Positions 59,341-64,000 of a stretch of 64,000 nucleotides of DNA are shown here, piece by piece. The notes under the pieces are model-generated. The model had not been told where the DNA came from. It ran no database searches and saw only the letters and a list, made by a program, of their open reading frames with translations. Position 1 is the first letter of the stretch. Each line of letters begins with the position of its first letter. The stretch comes from an uncultured Alphaproteobacteria bacterium (GTDB lineage Bacteria; Pseudomonadota; Alphaproteobacteria; HIMB59; GCA-002718135). Where the stretch lies: positions 56,335 through 120,334 of the forward strand of contig CACIXR010000001.1 in NCBI GenBank assembly GCA_902590695.1, written 5' to 3'. A program made the translations under genes and the position numbers.

Positions 59341-60189
59341 ATGGCTAATAAAACAACAACCACAGGGCAGAAACATCCATATCATTTGGTTGATCCAAGT
59401 CCTCTTCCATTCCTTTCATCAGTAGCTGGACTTGCAATGGCTGCTGGCCTTGTATTTTATATGCACTACGGAACTTCTTGGCTTTTAATTCTTGGAACTA
59501 TTGGTTTGTTAACTATTATGTTTCTATGGTGGAGAGATGTAATTAAAGAATCAACTTTCCAAAAAGTTCACACGCCAGTTGTGGAACTTGGATTAAGATA
59601 TGGAATGGCGCTTTTTATTGCTTCGGAAGTAATGTTCTTTGTTGCTTTTTTTTGGGCTTTCTTTGATGCAAGTTTAACACCTAAACTACCTATAGAAGAA
59701 TTCTCAGAAACTTTTGACAGTAATGGTGCTGTAGGGATTTGGCCACCAGAAGGTATTAAAACATTTGATCCTCTCGATGTTCCTTTTTTAAATACATTAA
59801 TTCTATTAATGTCGGGTACTACTTGTACATGGGCTCACCACGCTGTGAGAGAAGGCCATAGAGATCAAGCTATTCAAGCATTATGGTGTACTGTTGGTCT
59901 TGGAATTTTCTTTTCAATTATGCAGGGTGTAGAGTATTACGAGGCAGCTCATCATTATTTCAGTTTTACAGATGGGATATATCCATCAGTATTTTACATG
60001 GCGACGGGTTTTCATGGATTTCACGTAATGGTTGGAACAGCATTTTTAGCTGTATGTTTGTATCGTGTTTATAAAAATCATTTTACTCCAGATAGGCATT
60101 TTGGATTAGAGGCAGCGGCATGGTATTGGCACTTTGTTGACGTAGTTTGGCTGTTCTTGTTTGTCTGCGTTTATGTTTGGGGTGCATAA
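59341..60189 (+). CDS. coxC: cytochrome c oxidase subunit III
   Basis: 'HPYHLVDPSP', 'GFHGFHV' and 'WYWHFVDVVWLFLF'. Confidence 0.95.
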   Translation: MANKTTTTGQKHPYHLVDPSPLPFLSSVAGLAMAAGLVFYMHYGTSWLLILGTIGLLTIMFLWWRDVIKESTFQKVHTPVVELGLRYGMALFIASEVMFFVAFFWAFFDASLTPKLPIEEFSETFDSNGAVGIWPPEGIKTFDPLDVPFLNTLILLMSGTTCTWAHHAVREGHRDQAIQALWCTVGLGIFFSIMQGVEYYEAAHHYFSFTDGIYPSVFYMATGFHGFHVMVGTAFLAVCLYRVYKNHFTPDRHFGLEAAAWYWHFVDVVWLFLFVCVYVWGA

Positions 60190-60267
60190 ATTAAAAACTT
60201 TCCATTAAAATTTTTTTTATTAAGTTTATTTTGTGTTGCACTGACAATATTTTTAGGAATTTGGCAA

Positions 60268-60879
60268 TTGCAAAGACTGGAATGGAAAGAAAAAATTATA
60301 GCCGAATTTAATGAACTAAAGGATCAAAAACCACTTTCACTTTCAATGGGAAAAATGAAGTATCCAAACATTGATGAGTTTACTAAAGTTATCACTTTAG
60401 GAACTGTTGACAGAAGTAAAAAAATTTTTTTCCCAGCTAAAACATTGAATGGCATTTCTGGTGTTAGAATAGCTAGTTTATTGTCAGATAATCATGGTAA
60501 TAATTATTTAATTGATGAAGGTTGGTTTGAACAAAGTAGATATGATTATTTTAAAAACAATAATGAAATAATAAATGATGAAATTCTTGGATATATCCGA
60601 TACCCAACTCAAAAACAGATGTTTACTCCTGAGAATTCTATTTCTTCAAATGAATGGTATTATTATGATCTGGAGCAAATTCAAACTTACTTAAATGTTA
60701 AGATTAATCAGAAATTTTTCATTAAAAATATGAGCAATTATGCAGAGAATTTCTTAATACCTTCATCTCAAAATCATAATTTTTCAAATAATCATTTGCA
60801 GTATGCAATTACATGGTTTTTGATGAGCTTTTCTTTTTTGATTATTTTTATAATTTATTTATTTAGGATGAAAAAATGA
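60268..60879 (+). CDS. surf1: SURF1-family cytochrome oxidase biogenesis protein (true N-terminus probably upstream, from about 60190)
   Basis: 'WQLQRLEWK' hallmark and a C-terminal TM segment. The coordinates use the first canonical start (TTG 60268), but the conserved N-terminal TM helix is encoded in frame at 60190-60267 (see finding). Confidence 0.8.
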   Translation: MQRLEWKEKIIAEFNELKDQKPLSLSMGKMKYPNIDEFTKVITLGTVDRSKKIFFPAKTLNGISGVRIASLLSDNHGNNYLIDEGWFEQSRYDYFKNNNEIINDEILGYIRYPTQKQMFTPENSISSNEWYYYDLEQIQTYLNVKINQKFFIKNMSNYAENFLIPSSQNHNFSNNHLQYAITWFLMSFSFLIIFIIYLFRMKK

Positions 60880-62354
60880 AAACATATTTAAAACTTAAAG
60901 AAATCTTTAATGAAGCTTCACTGACATCAGATATTGCAGGTATTTTACACTGGGATATGGCAACAATGATGCCGAGCAGCTCAAGAGATCAAAGATCAGA
61001 GCAATTAGCCTATTTATCAAAACTTAGTCATAGTAAAATTTCATCTTCTGAGGTTGGTGATTTAATTGAAGCCTCAAAAAATCTTAACCTAAATAATAGT
61101 GATCTGAAAAACTTAAATGAAATGGATAGAGAATATAAATTAGCTTCTGCTATACCAACAGAACTTGTAGAAAAAATTTCAAAATCTTCAGCTAATTGTG
61201 AGGGAGTTTGGCAAGAGGCAAGGGAAAAGTCAGATTTTAAATTAGTAAAAAAAGATTTAGAAGAACTTATAATTTTAACGAAAGAAGAAGCTAATATTTT
61301 AGGAGAAACTTTTAAAGTTTCTCCGTATGAAGCTCTAATAAATAAATTTGAACCTTCTTCAGAAGAAAATAAAATATCTGAAGTATTTGATGATTTACAA
61401 AAATTTCTATCACCACTTATTGACAAAATTATAGATAAGCAAAGAAATGAAGAAACACTTCAATTTGAAACAAATATAAATGAAGAAAAGCAGAAAAATA
61501 TTTCTGAATATATAATGAAACAAATAGGTTTTGATTTTACAAGGGGGAGACTTGATAAAAGTGTCCACCCTTTTTGTGGAGGATCTACAAATGATGTTAG
61601 AATTACAACTAGATATAATAATGACAATCCATTTTCATCTTTAGATGGTGTTATGCATGAAACTGGACATGCATTATATGAGCTAAACCTACCAAAAGAT
61701 TGGATGCATCAGCCAGCAGGTAAATCTAGAGGAATGGCTATGCACGAAAGTCAATCACTATTAATTGAAATGCAAATCACAAGGTCTTTAGCTTTTAAAA
61801 AATTTTTATCTAATACTTTAAATAAACAATTTAATGTTAAAGACAAAGCTACAGATCCTGACAATCTTTACAAATTAGGTACTAGAGTAAATAAATCTTT
61901 TATAAGAGTTGAGTCAGATGAAGTTACCTACCCCCTGCATATTATTTTAAGATTTAATTTAGAAAGAAAAATTTTTAACAATGAAATAAATATTGCAGAT
62001 ATTCCCGATGCTTGGAATGATGAATTTAATAGATTATTTAATTTATCAATAAATAAAGACACTGATGGATGTTTACAAGATATTCATTGGTTTGCTGGAT
62101 TATTTGGATACTTTCCAACATATTCATTAGGAGCGCTCACTGCTGCTCAATTTGCGTCTCAATTGAGAACTGATGAAAAGGAATTAGATAAGGAAATAGA
62201 AAATGGTGAATTTTCAAATTTAATAAATTGGCTTAAAAAAAATATCCATGAAAAAGCTAGTTTTTTTTCAACTAATGAGGTTTTAGAACAGGTTACAAAG
62301 TCGCCTTTAAATGCTAAATATTTCAAAGAATATATTACTAATCGCTATCTTTAA
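60876..62354 (+). CDS. carboxypeptidase Taq-type (M32) metallopeptidase
   Basis: 'HPFCGG', 'HETGHALYE' (HExxH), 'HESQS' and 'DIHW' motifs of family M32. Confidence 0.88.
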   Translation: MKTYLKLKEIFNEASLTSDIAGILHWDMATMMPSSSRDQRSEQLAYLSKLSHSKISSSEVGDLIEASKNLNLNNSDLKNLNEMDREYKLASAIPTELVEKISKSSANCEGVWQEAREKSDFKLVKKDLEELIILTKEEANILGETFKVSPYEALINKFEPSSEENKISEVFDDLQKFLSPLIDKIIDKQRNEETLQFETNINEEKQKNISEYIMKQIGFDFTRGRLDKSVHPFCGGSTNDVRITTRYNNDNPFSSLDGVMHETGHALYELNLPKDWMHQPAGKSRGMAMHESQSLLIEMQITRSLAFKKFLSNTLNKQFNVKDKATDPDNLYKLGTRVNKSFIRVESDEVTYPLHIILRFNLERKIFNNEINIADIPDAWNDEFNRLFNLSINKDTDGCLQDIHWFAGLFGYFPTYSLGALTAAQFASQLRTDEKELDKEIENGEFSNLINWLKKNIHEKASFFSTNEVLEQVTKSPLNAKYFKEYITNRYL

Positions 62355-63730
62355 TGAAATATTTAAGCACAAGAGATGATTCTCTAAGTAGATCATTCAA
62401 CGACATTCTTTATCAAGGATTATCGAGAGATGGAGGTCTATATCTACCCCAAAGCTGGCCCAAAATAGACTTACTAAGTTTAAAAAATAAATCTTACGAA
62501 GAAGTGGCATGCGAAATTATTTTTCCTTATGTAAAAGAAAATATAAAAAAATTAGAATTACAAAAAATTTTAAATGAAACTTATGTAAATTTTAATCATG
62601 AAAAAATAGCTCCATTAGTAGAATTAGAAAATAATAAATTTTTATTAGAATTAATTTATGGGCCTACTTATGCTTTTAAAGATTATGCTTTACAATTTCT
62701 TGGTAACCTATTTTCTAAAAGTTTAGAGATTTCTCCAAAAAAAATTACTATTTTAGGTGCAACTTCTGGTGATACTGGTTCAGCTGCAATTCATTCTTTT
62801 AAATCAAAAAAAGATATAAATGTATTTATTCTACATCCTCATAATAAAGTATCGCCTATTCAACAAAAACAAATGACCACAGTAATTGATAAGAATATTT
62901 TTAATATTGCTATAGATGGTAATTTTGATGATTGTCAAAAAATTGTCAAAGAATTATTTGTTGATGATGAAATACAACAGTCCACCTCTTTAACTGCTAT
63001 AAACTCTATAAATTGGGCACGATTAATTGCTCAAGTTGTTTATTATTTTTGGGCTTACTTGCAAACTGATAAGCAGCAAATTAATTTCATTGTTCCTTCA
63101 GGAAATTTTGGTAATATTTTTTCAGCCTTTGTTGCTAAACAAATGGGATTACCAATTGATCATTTACATATTGCAACTAACTCTAACGATATTTTAAAGT
63201 CCATAGTAGACAATGGAGAAATGAAAAAAAAATCTGTATCTCAAACATATAGCCCTAGTATGGATATACAAGTTTCAAGTAACTTTGAGAGGCAAATTTT
63301 TGAAAGCCTCAATAGAGATAGCAAAAGAGTAAATGAAGTATTTGAAAACTTTTCATCAAAAGGTTTTTATCAATTTGATGACTCTGTATTGTCTAAGTTT
63401 CAGCAAATATATAAGGCTTCTTCAATTGATGATAATCAGACTCTGGAGACAATTAAATATGTATATGAAAAATATAATTATATTGCTGATCCACATACTG
63501 CAACAGGCCTAAAAGTATTATTAGATAAAAAAGATGATGAAGCTTGGGTATCTTTGGTTTGTGCACATCCTGCAAAATTTGACAATGCCGTTAATAAAGC
63601 AATTAATAAAGAAATTGATATACCGAAAGAATTGAGCAATCTCTTTGATAAAGAGGAAAAGATGACTATATTATCCAATAGTACTATAGATGTAAAAAAC
63701 TTTATCTTAGAAAAAATAAGCAATGCATAA
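62354..63730 (+). CDS. thrC: threonine synthase
   Basis: 'STRD' N-terminus, PLP-lysine region 'GPTYAFKDYALQ', 'GATSGDTGSAA', 458 aa. Confidence 0.9.
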   Translation: MKYLSTRDDSLSRSFNDILYQGLSRDGGLYLPQSWPKIDLLSLKNKSYEEVACEIIFPYVKENIKKLELQKILNETYVNFNHEKIAPLVELENNKFLLELIYGPTYAFKDYALQFLGNLFSKSLEISPKKITILGATSGDTGSAAIHSFKSKKDINVFILHPHNKVSPIQQKQMTTVIDKNIFNIAIDGNFDDCQKIVKELFVDDEIQQSTSLTAINSINWARLIAQVVYYFWAYLQTDKQQINFIVPSGNFGNIFSAFVAKQMGLPIDHLHIATNSNDILKSIVDNGEMKKKSVSQTYSPSMDIQVSSNFERQIFESLNRDSKRVNEVFENFSSKGFYQFDDSVLSKFQQIYKASSIDDNQTLETIKYVYEKYNYIADPHTATGLKVLLDKKDDEAWVSLVCAHPAKFDNAVNKAINKEIDIPKELSNLFDKEEKMTILSNSTIDVKNFILEKISNA

Positions 63731-64000
63731 AATTACTAAACTAGAAAACGGATTAAGAATAGTAACCCAGAATATGCCAGGGCTGGAAACAGTATCAATG
63801 GGTATTTGGAATTTTGTTGGTGGTAGAGATGAAACAAAAGACATAAATGGTGTTGCTCATCTTTTAGAGCATATGGCTTTTAAGGGTACATCAACTAAAA
63901 ATGCTCTTCAAATTGCTGAAACAATTGAAAATGTTGGTGGAGATATAAATGCTTATACTTCAAAAGAAATAACAGCTTATTATGTAAAGCTCTTAGCTGA
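63723..64000 (+). CDS. M16-family zinc peptidase (pitrilysin-like), N-terminal fragment running off the right edge
   Basis: MHKITKLENGLRIVTQ...GVAHLLEHMAFKGT contains the inverted zinc motif HxxEH. ATG 63723 overlaps the end of thrC. Confidence 0.8.
   Translation, partial: MHKITKLENGLRIVTQNMPGLETVSMGIWNFVGGRDETKDINGVAHLLEHMAFKGTSTKNALQIAETIENVGGDINAYTSKEITAYYVKLLA

Overview
The window is very AT-rich and tightly packed, with many 1-29 nt gene overlaps. It contains no rRNA, CRISPR array, transposase, integrase, phage gene or recognisable transcription factor. Gene content and order point to a streamlined marine alphaproteobacterium, SAR11/Pelagibacterales-like or a relative such as HIMB59/AEGEAN-169; this assignment is inference from composition and synteny only. 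Markers include ctaC-ctaD-ctaB-ctaG-ctaE-surf1, msbA-DUF374-waaA-lpxK-lpxL, ribF-ileS-lspA and coq7/ubiA. Core housekeeping genes occupy 1-7.7 kb and 38.5-64 kb. Between them lies a ~30 kb carbohydrate-uptake and catabolism block (7.9-38.5 kb). It holds two CUT2-type sugar ABC systems, one CUT1-type importer, an SDR-FAH-hydroxyacid dehydrogenase triplet that looks like the end of a non-phosphorylative deoxyhexose pathway, iolD, two Gfo/Idh/MocA paralogs, a ThuA-like protein and xylA. The most striking element is five consecutive Cys-type sulfatases (27.6-35.2 kb) that all lack signal peptides, directly downstream of the CUT1 importer. No glycoside hydrolase, sulfatase maturase, ABC ATPase or regulator accompanies them. 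I propose this as a candidate cytoplasmic desulfation locus for imported sulfated sugars or oligosaccharides. Secondary oddities are a Rieske-fold protein with both His ligands replaced by Cys, and a SURF1 N-terminal helix encoded upstream of any canonical start codon, in frame with coxC. There is also an uncalled 35-aa ORF in the cox operon, and the only strong hairpin terminators in the window sit after the three binding-protein genes. All functional calls come from reading motifs in the supplied translations; no database search was possible.
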